A stretch of DNA of 64,000 bases from positions 7,678 through 71,677 of the forward strand of contig CAZWTD010000003.1 in NCBI GenBank assembly GCA_964637345.1, read 5' to 3'. Numbering within the stretch: the stretch's first letter is position 1; the number at the start of each line of letters is the position of its first letter. The notes below the pieces were generated by a model. The model did no database searches. It saw only the letters and a program-made list of their open reading frames with translations, and was not told the DNA's origin. This stretch comes from an uncultured Gammaproteobacteria bacterium (GTDB taxonomy: Bacteria; Patescibacteriota; Patescibacteriia; HK-STAS-PATE-3). The position numbers were made by a program, and so were the translations under genes. Positions 28,516 through 38,402 of the stretch are shown in pieces.

Positions 28516-29323
28516 CCTCTCAATTATCATCGTCAATTATCGTTCGCGGGGATTAGTTCGAACGTGTCTTCGCGGGATTGCGCGCTCAAATATTTCCCGA
28601 CCATACGAGGTTATTGTTGTTGATAATGCCTCAAACGATGGTTGTGTTGATATGGTCTGGGAAGAATTCCCGGAAGTCCGGGTTATCGCCTCAGAGGCAA
28701 ACCGAGGCTTGGCATCGGGAAATAATCTTGGTATTCGTGCTGCCCGTGGAAAATACTACCTTATTATCAATCCAGATATTGCTCTTTTTCCAGGGATGGT
28801 CGAGCGACTTATTGAGTATCTTGAGGCGAATCCGAGCGTAGCTCTCGCCGGGCCCAAGCTCATCAATCCAGATAATACAATTCAGCACTCAATTTACCGT
28901 TTTCCAACGCTTCTCGTACCACTATACCGACGTACCCCCCTGGCGCACCTGCCGTCAGCGCGAAACGCGTTGCAGTCGTATCTCATGTTTGATCACGATC
29001 GTAATGTGAGCGGGCCCGTTGATTGGGTTTTAGGTGCGTGTATGCTAGTCCGACGAGAGGCTTGCGAAAAAATCGGTGAAATGGATGAACGCTATTTTCT
29101 GTACTTTGAAGACGTCGACTGGTGCCGGCGATTCTGGGCTGCCGGATACGAAGTTCATTATGTGAGCGATGCCCAGCTTGTCCATTATCATCGGCGCTTA
29201 TCAGCAGAAAGTCCCGGCCTCAGCGGCGTTTTTACGAAAGCAACTCGAATTCACATTACCTCCGGGATTCGCTACTTCCTCAAGTACCTTCGGGCACCGC
29301 ACCCGCGACGTTTTTCAGCTTGA
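28508..29323 (+). CDS. GT2 family glycosyltransferase (WbbL-like)
   Basis: LSIIIVNY, VVDNAS.DG, INPD, VDWVLGACM, YFEDVDWC. Confidence 0.92.
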   Translation: MLDLSIIIVNYRSRGLVRTCLRGIARSNISRPYEVIVVDNASNDGCVDMVWEEFPEVRVIASEANRGLASGNNLGIRAARGKYYLIINPDIALFPGMVERLIEYLEANPSVALAGPKLINPDNTIQHSIYRFPTLLVPLYRRTPLAHLPSARNALQSYLMFDHDRNVSGPVDWVLGACMLVRREACEKIGEMDERYFLYFEDVDWCRRFWAAGYEVHYVSDAQLVHYHRRLSAESPGLSGVFTKATRIHITSGIRYFLKYLRAPHPRRFSA

Positions 29324-29348
29324 CGTGAAGCGCTCGTCATGGTATTTT
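29320..29348 (+). promoter_or_regulatory. Putative promoter for DUF4012-mreB
   Basis: TTGACG-17 bp-TATTTT with extended TG. Confidence 0.5.
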
Positions 29349-29368
29349 CGAGCCCCAAGGGGATTCGC

Positions 29369-31351
29369 ATGAGCACACAATCTATGAATAAACAAAAGCG
29401 TCAAGCTCAAGCAGCCACGACTGTCAATTTCGCTGGTCATGTTCGGCGTTCGCCAAAAAAGAAGCGCTGGTGGAAGGTGCTTCTTCTTGTTGCGTGCGGG
29501 CTTCTTGTTGTTGTGAGCGCCCTTGGCGCTCTATCATATCGGCCAGCCCAAAAGGCGCTAGCAGCGGCTAAGCGAGGGCAAGATGCGTTTCTTGCTGCGC
29601 AGTCGAGTCTTGAAGACCAAAACTTTTCTCTTGTTCATAGCCAGCTCGAAACCGCTTTGGCTGAATTTTCGACCGCTCGTACTGAGCTTGAGAAACTCTC
29701 TTGGCTTCGCGTTGTTCCTTTTGCCGAGCGACAGTATCGAGCCGCGTACCACCTTCTTCTCGCAGGAGTTCGGACCGGAGACTCAATTTCGCAGGTGGCC
29801 GACTTCGGCCGATCTACCATTGAGCCCTTTACTGCGGGCGGATCCTTAAGTCTCGATTCGCTTTCCCCGTCAGACAAGCGGCAAATTCTTAAAAACTTTA
29901 CCGAGTCTCAGACAGTATTAGCTCAAGCGAATGAAGACATCGACGCCGCCCTTGAAGAACTTAATCGCATTCCAGAAACGGGACTCCTTCGCCAGCTGCA
30001 AAATGCTGTTGACCCGGTTCGCGAAAAGCTTCCTCTCGTAAAAAAGGTTGTTGATGAAGTCGCGACTTTTTCGCGAACGATACCCCTGCTCGCTGGGTAC
30101 CCAGAAGAGCGAACCTACCTCTTCTTGCTCGAAAACAATACAGAGCTGCGTCCTGCTGGAGGTTTTATTGGAACCTATGGAGTTCTTCGGGTACAAGACG
30201 GCGAAATTGAGGAATTTACCACAGATAATATTTATAATATCGACATTCCGGCCGAGGAGTTCTTAACGATTGAGCCGCCGGCTCCACTAAAAACGTATCT
30301 CAAGTCAACAGCGTGGTTCCTGCGCGACTCAAACTGGTCGCCTGATTTCCCCACCTCAGCGGAAGAGGCGCTGCGGTTTTATCAACTTGAGCGCGGACCG
30401 GTTCAGCATTTTGACGGTGTCATTGCGGTAACCCCAACCTTCATCGAGTCGCTTATCGGCCTAACCGGATCGCTTCAGGTCGAGAACGTTACATTTACTA
30501 AGGAGAACTTTATCGACACGCTCCAGTATCAAGTCGAACAAGGATATTACCGTCAAGGTATTAGCGAAAGTGAACGAAAAGAGATTATCGGCGAACTAGC
30601 TGATATGCTCCTTGACCGTCTCCTCGCCCTCCCGCAGTCACAGTGGGATGAGTTGTGGTCCACCTTTACCGAAGACGTTGCGAAGAAGCAAATTATGATC
30701 TATTTGCGCGATCCTTCGCTCCAAAGCATTATTGAAGAAGAGAACTGGGGCGGCGCCACAACGGAAACCGTTGGCGACTACCTCGCTGTCGTTGATGCCA
30801 ACATGGCTTCGTTGAAAAGCGATCCGGGCGTCAAGCGCACAATTGACTACTCCGTGACACTCGAAGGCGGCAAGGCCTTCGGTGACCTCACCGTAACGTA
30901 CCGAAACGAAGGAACGATTACGTGGAAATCAACACGCTACCGCACTTTTGTTCGCGTCTACACCCCTGAGGGAAGCACCTTACTCTTGGCTGAAGGATAC
31001 CTTACCAACGACAAAATCCAAAACGGAAAGCCCACGCAGCCAACAACGGAAAGCGAGCTCGGAAAAACGGTATTTGCTGGATTCACTTCAATTGAACCAC
31101 AGGAAACAGGGACAATTCACCTACGGTACGAGCTTCCTGAGAGTGTTGCAAAGCTTCTCCGTGAGAAGCAGTATCTCCTCGATGTCCAAAAGCAAGCCGG
31201 AGCCGGGGATCACGTTCTCAATCTACGCGTCAACGGCGGATACCGCGTGAAATCAGCGCTTCCGTTTGAATTGAATCCATCAACGTCAGGATCGGAAGCC
31301 AACTTCTCCGGATTCTTGAACCAGGATTATCGAATCAGTGTTACTGATTAG
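29369..31351 (+). CDS. DUF4012 domain membrane-anchored protein
   Basis: N-terminal TM, helical stalk, LLENNTELRPAGGFIGTY, RDSNWSPDFP, DGVIAV. Confidence 0.85.
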   Translation: MSTQSMNKQKRQAQAATTVNFAGHVRRSPKKKRWWKVLLLVACGLLVVVSALGALSYRPAQKALAAAKRGQDAFLAAQSSLEDQNFSLVHSQLETALAEFSTARTELEKLSWLRVVPFAERQYRAAYHLLLAGVRTGDSISQVADFGRSTIEPFTAGGSLSLDSLSPSDKRQILKNFTESQTVLAQANEDIDAALEELNRIPETGLLRQLQNAVDPVREKLPLVKKVVDEVATFSRTIPLLAGYPEERTYLFLLENNTELRPAGGFIGTYGVLRVQDGEIEEFTTDNIYNIDIPAEEFLTIEPPAPLKTYLKSTAWFLRDSNWSPDFPTSAEEALRFYQLERGPVQHFDGVIAVTPTFIESLIGLTGSLQVENVTFTKENFIDTLQYQVEQGYYRQGISESERKEIIGELADMLLDRLLALPQSQWDELWSTFTEDVAKKQIMIYLRDPSLQSIIEEENWGGATTETVGDYLAVVDANMASLKSDPGVKRTIDYSVTLEGGKAFGDLTVTYRNEGTITWKSTRYRTFVRVYTPEGSTLLLAEGYLTNDKIQNGKPTQPTTESELGKTVFAGFTSIEPQETGTIHLRYELPESVAKLLREKQYLLDVQKQAGAGDHVLNLRVNGGYRVKSALPFELNPSTSGSEANFSGFLNQDYRISVTD

Positions 31352-31354
31352 CAT

Positions 31355-32368
31355 ATGAGCCTTTTTATCAAACGTCTCGGTATCGACCTGGGGACTACTT
31401 CGACGTTGGTTCATATCCCAAAGCGAGGCATTGTCATTAACGAACCTTCGGTTGTTGCGATTTCTGTTCTTGATAAAAAAGTGCTCGCTGTAGGCGACGA
31501 GGCTAAAGAAATGCTTGGTCGGACACCTGATACGATCGTTGCTTACCGACCGCTCCGTGACGGCGTTATCGCCGATTATCGAACGACAGAGGCGATGCTC
31601 CGCTATTTTATTAATAAGGCTCTCGGGGGAGTACGTTTTTTTCGCCCCGAAGTTATGATTGCTGTCCCTGCAGGTATTACCTCAACGGAACGACGCGCTG
31701 TTGTTGACGCAACACTAGCGGCGGGCGCCAAAGCCGCATATATCATTAAAGAGCCGATTGCAGCAGCTATTGGCGCCAATATCCCAATTGGCTCAGCCTC
31801 TGGCCATATGATTATCGATATCGGCGGAGGAACCTCTGAAATCGCTGTTATTTCGCTTGGTGGCATTGTAGCCAATACTTCTGTTCGCATCGGCGGAAAC
31901 AAGCTCGACTCGGCAATACAGGAGTATATTCGAAAGAAGTACGGCTTAGCAATCGGAGAGCAAACCGCCGAGCAGGTGAAAATTACGATTGGGTCCGCGC
32001 TCCCACTTGAAGAGAAGCTTGCCCTTGAGGTTCGCGGGCGCGATGTGGTCACGGGCTTACCGAAAACCATTACTGTTTTTTCGGACGACGTTACCGAGGC
32101 GATTCAGGATGAGCTGGCGGGAATTATTCAAGCCGTAAAATCGGTCCTTCAAGAAACCCCGCCTGAGCTTTCGGCGGATGTTATTGATAAAGGAATGGTC
32201 CTGAGCGGCGGGTCATCACAGCTACGAAATATCGACCGCCTTATGTCTCAGGCAACGGGGGTTCCGGCCTATATCGCTGATGACAGTCGACTTTGCGTCG
32301 CTCGGGGGACTGGCGTCGCCCTCGAAAACCTCGAATCATACAAGCGGAGTATTTTGATGACAAAGTAA
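31355..32368 (+). CDS. mreB: Actin-like rod-shape protein MreB (stand-alone paralogue)
   Basis: GIDLGT, NEPSVVA, PLRDGVIAD, IDIGGGT, LSGG. Confidence 0.93.
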   Translation: MSLFIKRLGIDLGTTSTLVHIPKRGIVINEPSVVAISVLDKKVLAVGDEAKEMLGRTPDTIVAYRPLRDGVIADYRTTEAMLRYFINKALGGVRFFRPEVMIAVPAGITSTERRAVVDATLAAGAKAAYIIKEPIAAAIGANIPIGSASGHMIIDIGGGTSEIAVISLGGIVANTSVRIGGNKLDSAIQEYIRKKYGLAIGEQTAEQVKITIGSALPLEEKLALEVRGRDVVTGLPKTITVFSDDVTEAIQDELAGIIQAVKSVLQETPPELSADVIDKGMVLSGGSSQLRNIDRLMSQATGVPAYIADDSRLCVARGTGVALENLESYKRSILMTK

Positions 32369-32370
32369 GC

Positions 32371-33555
32371 ATGCGTATAGGCATCGACGCTTCGAGGGCG
32401 AATCTTCGGGTTCGAACGGGAACGGAATGGTACTCGTTTGAAATTATCAAGCAGCTTCTCGCCCGCGATCACACGAACGAGTATATTCTTTATCTTAAGG
32501 AGGCGCCGATTCCGGAACTTGCTCAGCTTTCGGGTCGAGTGCAGTTTCGCGTTCTTAGGTGGCCGCCAAAATTTCTCTGGAACCTTTTTCGTCTTTCCTG
32601 GGAAATGCTCGTCCATCGTCCGGATGTGCTCTTTGTCCCGGCTCATACAATTCCACTTATTCACCCAAAACGCCTTGTCACAACTTGCCATGATGTCGGC
32701 TTTGAACGCTTTCCCGACCTCTATGCCAGAAAGCCGATTGGGCCGCAACGGGGGATTGGCAGAAGCCTTTTTTCTCTCCTGACAAGACTCCTCACCCTTG
32801 GTCGTTACCGAAATACTGAGCTTGATTACCACCGCTTCAGTATGCGCCTAGCGCTGCGGCGGGCAGAGCGAATTCTTGTCCCTTCAGCCTTTACAGCGGA
32901 TGAAATTCATTATTTCTACCCACGTCCAAAAGGGGAGCTGCGAATAATTCACCACGGAATTAACACCCAATTTTCCACGCTTCCGGAGGAGAAGGAACGA
33001 ACAGCGCTTCTCAGGAAGCACGGAATTCGAAAACCCTACCTGTTTTTTCTTGGCCGCTGGGAGGTAAAAAAGAATATTGATATTCTTCTCCAGTCATTTG
33101 AACGTTTACGGGCAGCCGGCCGCTTAGAACAGCTCGTCCTTGGCGGTCGACCAGGATTGGGCTTTGAAGAAGCTTGGGCGCGAATTTCTGAATCAACGCG
33201 CTCAGCGATTGTGCTTTGGGAAAATGTAACGACCGAAGCGCCTACGCTTATGGCGGAGGCGGCTGTTTTTGTATTCCCGTCTGCTTATGAAGGATTTGGT
33301 CTCCCCATACTTGAAGCAATGTCGGTTGGAACTCCCGTGGTTGCGAACGCGGCTGCCTCGATTCCGGAAATTGCCGGCGACGCGGCCATTCTCGTGGAGG
33401 ATGTAAACCCCTCAACGTTATCACAAGCGATCCATCGTGTTCTCGTGGATGCGTCCTTCCGAAGCGTGCTCATTGAGCGCGGCAAAGCGCGTACTTCTAC
33501 ATTTTCTTGGGACGTGGCCGGACAGGCGACCTACGAAGCGGTTGCTCATTGGTAG
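32371..33555 (+). CDS. GT4 family glycosyltransferase (MtfB/mannosyltransferase-like)
   Basis: MRIGIDAS..TGTEWY, TTCHD, FPSAYEGFGLPILEAM. Confidence 0.9.
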   Translation: MRIGIDASRANLRVRTGTEWYSFEIIKQLLARDHTNEYILYLKEAPIPELAQLSGRVQFRVLRWPPKFLWNLFRLSWEMLVHRPDVLFVPAHTIPLIHPKRLVTTCHDVGFERFPDLYARKPIGPQRGIGRSLFSLLTRLLTLGRYRNTELDYHRFSMRLALRRAERILVPSAFTADEIHYFYPRPKGELRIIHHGINTQFSTLPEEKERTALLRKHGIRKPYLFFLGRWEVKKNIDILLQSFERLRAAGRLEQLVLGGRPGLGFEEAWARISESTRSAIVLWENVTTEAPTLMAEAAVFVFPSAYEGFGLPILEAMSVGTPVVANAAASIPEIAGDAAILVEDVNPSTLSQAIHRVLVDASFRSVLIERGKARTSTFSWDVAGQATYEAVAHW

Positions 33556-33557
33556 CC

Positions 33558-33586
33558 TTGTCGGAATGCTGAATTTGTGGTAGAGT
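33558..33586 (+). promoter_or_regulatory. Putative promoter for the holB operon
   Basis: TTGTCG-17 bp-TAGAGT with extended TG. Confidence 0.5.
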
Positions 33587-33609
33587 TTTCTGGCTGATTT
33601 ACTAGGCAA

Positions 33610-34410
33610 ATGCCTTCTGTGACTACTCAGAGTACGGCAAAATCATTTGCGTACGTTGACCATATTTTGACCGGGAGCGCGCCTCACCACGCGTATCTCT
33701 TCAACGGAACTGCGCGAGAAGATCTCGTTAGCGCAGCGGGAGAGGTTGCTCGACGTTTTCTCTGTGAGAACCGCTCGATCGACGACGACCACTGCGCAAG
33801 CTGCGCTTTGTTTCAAGCCGGTAACCACCCGGACTGCTTTTTACTCGGGAGCGAAACCTCCTCAATCGGGGTAGCTGAAATACGGGAGCTTATCGCTTCA
33901 TTTCAACAAACAGCTGCGCGCGCTGGCTATCGCTTTGCCTTACTCTTGGACGCAGAGCGGCTCACTGAGTCGGCAATGAACGCCTTGCTGAAAAGCCTCG
34001 AGGAGCCTCCACCTGGCGCAATACTCATTCTCACTACCCTACAAGCACGCAAGCTTCTCCCAACGCTTCGCTCTCGCTGCTACCAAGTTGATCTTCCACG
34101 CCTGACGGCACAACAAGTTGATAATCCACTTTTCGATCAATTCCTTGCCGCAAGTGCTGAAGAACGGCTCGCGCTTCTCCCTCCTTCTCCAGCTGGCGTA
34201 GAGGCCGGTCGGCAGAGAATGGCTGCAGAAGATTTTCTCCGACAACTTCTTCAGAGCGGCCAGCAAAGCTTGCTCCCGGCACTTCAGCGAACAAGCCAGG
34301 TCGCTCGTCGGACTAAGCTCCTTCGACGCCTCCTCACCCTTTTCGGTGCCCTTAATCAAAACGTTTCACCGCGCCTTGTCCTTGATTCACTCGTTTATTC
34401 GTATGACTAA
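33610..34410 (+). CDS. holB: DNA polymerase III delta' subunit (short form)
   Basis: HAYLF.G, C...CASC, NHPD, AERLT..AMNALLKSLEEPP, LLPTLRSRC. Confidence 0.88.
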   Translation: MPSVTTQSTAKSFAYVDHILTGSAPHHAYLFNGTAREDLVSAAGEVARRFLCENRSIDDDHCASCALFQAGNHPDCFLLGSETSSIGVAEIRELIASFQQTAARAGYRFALLLDAERLTESAMNALLKSLEEPPPGAILILTTLQARKLLPTLRSRCYQVDLPRLTAQQVDNPLFDQFLAASAEERLALLPPSPAGVEAGRQRMAAEDFLRQLLQSGQQSLLPALQRTSQVARRTKLLRRLLTLFGALNQNVSPRLVLDSLVYSYD

Positions 34411-35470
34411 ACGACCGCAAACTCGACTTGTTCTCCTTTCCTTAGCTGCCCTCCTTTTTCTCACCGGACAGCAATGTACGATTCTTGGATCCGGAAAGAA
34501 AGCAGACGGCGGTATTTTCCGTTCTGACAACGGCGGGCAGGCGTGGGCCCAGAAAGCACTTATCGGAAAGGTGAAAAAGAAAACTGTAACGATTGCGAAT
34601 GTTGATACCGGCATTCTTCTTTTTCATCCCTCAGACGCCAAAACGCTCTATCTCGGGACATTAGGCAACGGGATATACCGGAGCGAAGACGGCGGCGAGC
34701 GATGGCAGGTGACTGGACGACAGTCCGGGTCAGTAACCGCGATCGCAATTGATCCTAAGACCCCCGAAATACTGTATGCAAATAACGGTGGAAACATTGA
34801 AAAAACCGTTGATGGGGGAGTGACGTGGCAAAAAGTGTATACAGAAACGAGAAGTGGAATTTCCGTCACTTCAATCATCGTCGATCCGAAAAACCCGAAG
34901 CATCTTTTCGCCGGTAACTCGGCTGGGGTAATCCTGGAAAGCGTTGACTACGGACAGTCTTGGCTTATGAACTACACTTTTCGGGCTGGCGTTCGAAGGC
35001 TGGTGATGCACCCCGCGAAACCCGGGGTTTTACTCGCCGTTCACTCGCCGAAAGGATTAAGTCGAAGTGAAGACGGCGGAAAGACGTGGTCCGAGCTCAA
35101 GGAGGGATTTTCTTCGTTCAGCGGCTCAGATACACTATACGACCTAGCGTTTGAGCCCGGGGACTCAAGCGTCGTTTACTTTGCCTCCAAATATGGACTT
35201 CTTCGCTCGCCCGACTTAGGTACAACCATCGAAGAGGTGAAAACCTTGCTGCCAAATAAAACCCTCCCGATTCGGTCAGTTTTTGTGTCACGCGATAATG
35301 CTTCGAAGGTATTCTTCTCGGTCGAAAATAAAATTCATATTTCACGGGACAGCGGAGCGAGCTGGGAAGTCGTTACCGTACCAACAACGAGAACGGTCAC
35401 CCACCTCGAAGCGAACCCGAACCAATCCGATCAATTATTCGCTGGAACATTGTTTGTAAAAAAATCATGA
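34403..35470 (+). CDS. BNR/Asp-box repeat beta-propeller protein (Ycf48/VPS10-like), probable lipoprotein
   Basis: Seven Asp-box-like repeats (RSDNGG, RSEDGG, KTVDGG, ESVDYG, RSEDGG, RSPDLG, ISRDSG); signal peptide ending LTGQQC. Confidence 0.85.
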   Translation: MTKRPQTRLVLLSLAALLFLTGQQCTILGSGKKADGGIFRSDNGGQAWAQKALIGKVKKKTVTIANVDTGILLFHPSDAKTLYLGTLGNGIYRSEDGGERWQVTGRQSGSVTAIAIDPKTPEILYANNGGNIEKTVDGGVTWQKVYTETRSGISVTSIIVDPKNPKHLFAGNSAGVILESVDYGQSWLMNYTFRAGVRRLVMHPAKPGVLLAVHSPKGLSRSEDGGKTWSELKEGFSSFSGSDTLYDLAFEPGDSSVVYFASKYGLLRSPDLGTTIEEVKTLLPNKTLPIRSVFVSRDNASKVFFSVENKIHISRDSGASWEVVTVPTTRTVTHLEANPNQSDQLFAGTLFVKKS

Positions 35471-36012
35471 CGAACGAATATCGAGAAAAATTTCAAGCGG
35501 CGATCGATCATTTCCGGACGGAAATTGCGTCTCTCCGAACAAACCGCGCAACTCCGGCACTTGTTGAATCATTAGTCATTGAGTGCTACGGGGGGAAATC
35601 ACCCCTAAATCAGGTGGCTTCAATCAGCGCGCCGGAACCGCGGCTTATTGTGATTCAACCCTGGGATCCATCAATCGCAAAAGATATCGAGCGATCGATT
35701 CAAGCGTCACCACTTGGCCTTCAACCGACGCTAGATGGTCAAACGATCCGGCTCTCCCTCCCTCCGCTTACCGAAGAGCGCCGCAAAGAACTGATTAAGG
35801 TCCTCGGGCAATTTGAGGAAAGCGCTAAGGTAGCAATGAAACGGGTGCGCGAGGAAGTACTAAAAACCTGGAAAGAAGATGAACGAAGCGGACAGCTTTC
35901 TCAAGACCTTCGAGAGAAGCAGGAAAAGGAGCTTCAAAAGCACCTGGAGACGGCTCAAGCTCAACTGAAAACGCTAGTCGAAGAAAAGAGTGTTGATATT
36001 TTGACGGTATAG
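35467..36012 (+). CDS. frr: Ribosome recycling factor
   Basis: LRTNRATPALV, IQPWD, PPLTEERRKEL. Confidence 0.96.
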   Translation: MTNEYREKFQAAIDHFRTEIASLRTNRATPALVESLVIECYGGKSPLNQVASISAPEPRLIVIQPWDPSIAKDIERSIQASPLGLQPTLDGQTIRLSLPPLTEERRKELIKVLGQFEESAKVAMKRVREEVLKTWKEDERSGQLSQDLREKQEKELQKHLETAQAQLKTLVEEKSVDILTV

Positions 36013-36013
36013 T

Positions 36014-37135
36014 ATGGTGCTAACGATCCTCCTCTTCATTGTTATTCTCGGCGTACTCGTCTTTATCCACGAATACGGTCATTTTTCCTCGGCCCGCCGT
36101 TTGGGTGTTGATGTTGAGGAGTTTGGATTCGGATTTCCCCCGCGTCTATTCGGAATTCGACGGGGAACGACAATCTATTCGATTAACAGCATTCCTTTTG
36201 GAGGTTTTGTGCGTCTCCGTGGAGAAAATGGAGACGGCGCTCTTGACCAACGAAGTTTTGCTTCCCAGCGAGTTTGGAAACGTCTCGTTATTCTGTTGAG
36301 CGGAGTCGGAATGAACATCCTTCTCGCAGCATTGCTTTTCAGTTTTGTATTTTCCCTGGGCGTCCCAACGGTACTCGATGATAGCTCAATACCTGGCGGC
36401 GGACGCGTTGTTGACCGCAAGGTTCAGATTGTTGGAATTGTGGGAGATTCGCCCGCGGCGCAAGCTGGACTTGCCGGCGGTGATGCAATTCTTGAAATCG
36501 GAGAACGCCCTGTACATACCGTTAGCGATGTAACCGAATCGCTCCGCGGTCGATTAAATCAAGCGACTGAACTTCGAATTCAGCGTGGTGACGAGCAACT
36601 ACGCTACTCGCTCACCCCAGCGCAACTTGAGGGATCAGATGAGCCCCGGCTTGGAGTAAGCCTCGCTGAAACCGGATTCGTTTCTTACCCTTGGTACACG
36701 TCGCTTTGGTTGGGACCGTGGTACGCAATAAAAATGCTTGGGGTAATCTTTGCTTCTCTCGGAACGCTGGTAGTCAACTTAATTCAGCAAGGCCAAGTAA
36801 GTGGAGATGTTACCGGGCCGATCGGAATTGCTGTGGTTACCGGCCAGGTTATTGATCTCGGCTTCATCTACATACTTCAGTTCGCGGCGCTGCTCTCACT
36901 CAGTCTTGCGGCGATGAACGTCCTTCCTATTCCGGCCCTCGACGGGGGACGCGCACTCTTTGTCGTCATTGAAAAAATCCGCGGTCGCGCGATGAGCGCG
37001 AAGGTTGAAGGGCTTATTCACACCATCGGTTTCTACGCACTACTGCTCTTTATCGCAGTTATCAGCTACCGGGATTTTTTCCGCTTCGGACTCAATGAAC
37101 AACTTACTTCTTTTTTCAAAAACCTTGTTTCCTAG
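36014..37135 (+). CDS. rseP: RIP metalloprotease RseP (M50 family with PDZ domain)
   Basis: HEYGH, FGFGFPP, PFGGFV, PDZ segment, NVLPIPALDGG. Confidence 0.95.
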   Translation: MVLTILLFIVILGVLVFIHEYGHFSSARRLGVDVEEFGFGFPPRLFGIRRGTTIYSINSIPFGGFVRLRGENGDGALDQRSFASQRVWKRLVILLSGVGMNILLAALLFSFVFSLGVPTVLDDSSIPGGGRVVDRKVQIVGIVGDSPAAQAGLAGGDAILEIGERPVHTVSDVTESLRGRLNQATELRIQRGDEQLRYSLTPAQLEGSDEPRLGVSLAETGFVSYPWYTSLWLGPWYAIKMLGVIFASLGTLVVNLIQQGQVSGDVTGPIGIAVVTGQVIDLGFIYILQFAALLSLSLAAMNVLPIPALDGGRALFVVIEKIRGRAMSAKVEGLIHTIGFYALLLFIAVISYRDFFRFGLNEQLTSFFKNLVS

Positions 37136-38402
37136 CATCGAACGACAATCGCGCCTCTTCGGGAAAAATTCTCGTACTGCACCAGCGGGGGAGACGAGCG
37201 TGAACGCTCAGCTGCTCGAGCAAGCGAGCTTTGTGCGGAAGTATATGGCCGGAGTGTATTTGTATCTTCCGCTTGGTTGGCGCGTGTTGCAATCGATCCA
37301 GGCAGTTATCCGCGAGGAGTTACATACTCTCGGCGCTCAGGAACTCTTCTTTTCGGTTCTCCAGCCGAAGGAGCTCTGGGAGAAAACTGGCCGCTGGTCC
37401 GAACTCTCGCCGGTTATGTACCAGTTTCAAGATCATTCAAAAAAGGACATAGGCCTTGGCGTAACACACGAAGAAGCGATGGCTGACACGGTTCGCCACC
37501 ACGTCAGCTCATACAAGGACCTTCCCTTAGCACTGTATCAAATACAATGGAAGTTCCGCCACGAACCAAGAGCGAAATCCGGCTTGAATCGAGGGCGAGA
37601 ATTCCTGATGAAGGACCTCTATAGCTTTCACGCGACGTCAGAGGACTGTAACCTCTACTACGAAAAGGTAAAAGAGGCTTACCTGAAGATTTTCTCGCGT
37701 CTTGACCTTTCAGCGCGGGTTGTTGAAGCGTCGGGCGGCGCTTTTTCAAAGGAACCCTCACACGAATTTCAAGTATTTTCTGAAGCCGGCGAAGATCATA
37801 TCTTCTCTTGTTCAAGCTGCGATTTCGCTCAAAATAAGGAAATCGCAACTGTCAAAACAGGCGACGCCTGCCCTCAATGCTCAAAAAAAACCATTACGGA
37901 GCAACGCGGCATTGAGGTCGGGAATATCTTCCGCCTAGGAACTCGATTTAGCGAGCCTTTGGGCGCGAGTTTTTTAAGCGCTACCGGAGAACGTCGTCCT
38001 ATTGTTATGGCCTCATACGGTATTGGCGTTAGTCGCCTTATGGGAACCATTGTCGAAACGCACCACGACAAAGAGGGGATGTGCTGGCCAGACGCTGTTG
38101 CGCCTTTCCAGGTCCACCTCCTCCGTTTTGGATCTAGTCCGGAGCTTCACGATCAGAGCGAAGCCCTGCTCTCAGCCTTCGAGAAGGCGGGCATCACGGT
38201 GCTCTATGATGATCGTAATCAGTCTCCCGGGGCCTCATTGGCCGACGCTGACCTCATTGGAATTCCTGCCCGCGTCGTTATTTCAGCGAAAACCAATGGA
38301 CGCGCAGAATTAAAGTATCGCACCGAGTCGGATGCCCATCTCCTCGATTCCTCAGTATTGATTTCGCAGCTCACCGAGCGCTTCTCTCGCTATGTTCGAT
38401 AA
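37095..38402 (+). CDS. proS: Proline--tRNA ligase, short form without the INS editing domain
   Basis: THEE, YQIQWKFRHEPRAKSGL.RGREFLMKDLYSF, IEVGNIFRLG, MASYGIG, anticodon-binding domain. Start uncertain. Confidence 0.95.
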   Translation: MNNLLLFSKTLFPSIERQSRLFGKNSRTAPAGETSVNAQLLEQASFVRKYMAGVYLYLPLGWRVLQSIQAVIREELHTLGAQELFFSVLQPKELWEKTGRWSELSPVMYQFQDHSKKDIGLGVTHEEAMADTVRHHVSSYKDLPLALYQIQWKFRHEPRAKSGLNRGREFLMKDLYSFHATSEDCNLYYEKVKEAYLKIFSRLDLSARVVEASGGAFSKEPSHEFQVFSEAGEDHIFSCSSCDFAQNKEIATVKTGDACPQCSKKTITEQRGIEVGNIFRLGTRFSEPLGASFLSATGERRPIVMASYGIGVSRLMGTIVETHHDKEGMCWPDAVAPFQVHLLRFGSSPELHDQSEALLSAFEKAGITVLYDDRNQSPGASLADADLIGIPARVVISAKTNGRAELKYRTESDAHLLDSSVLISQLTERFSRYVR

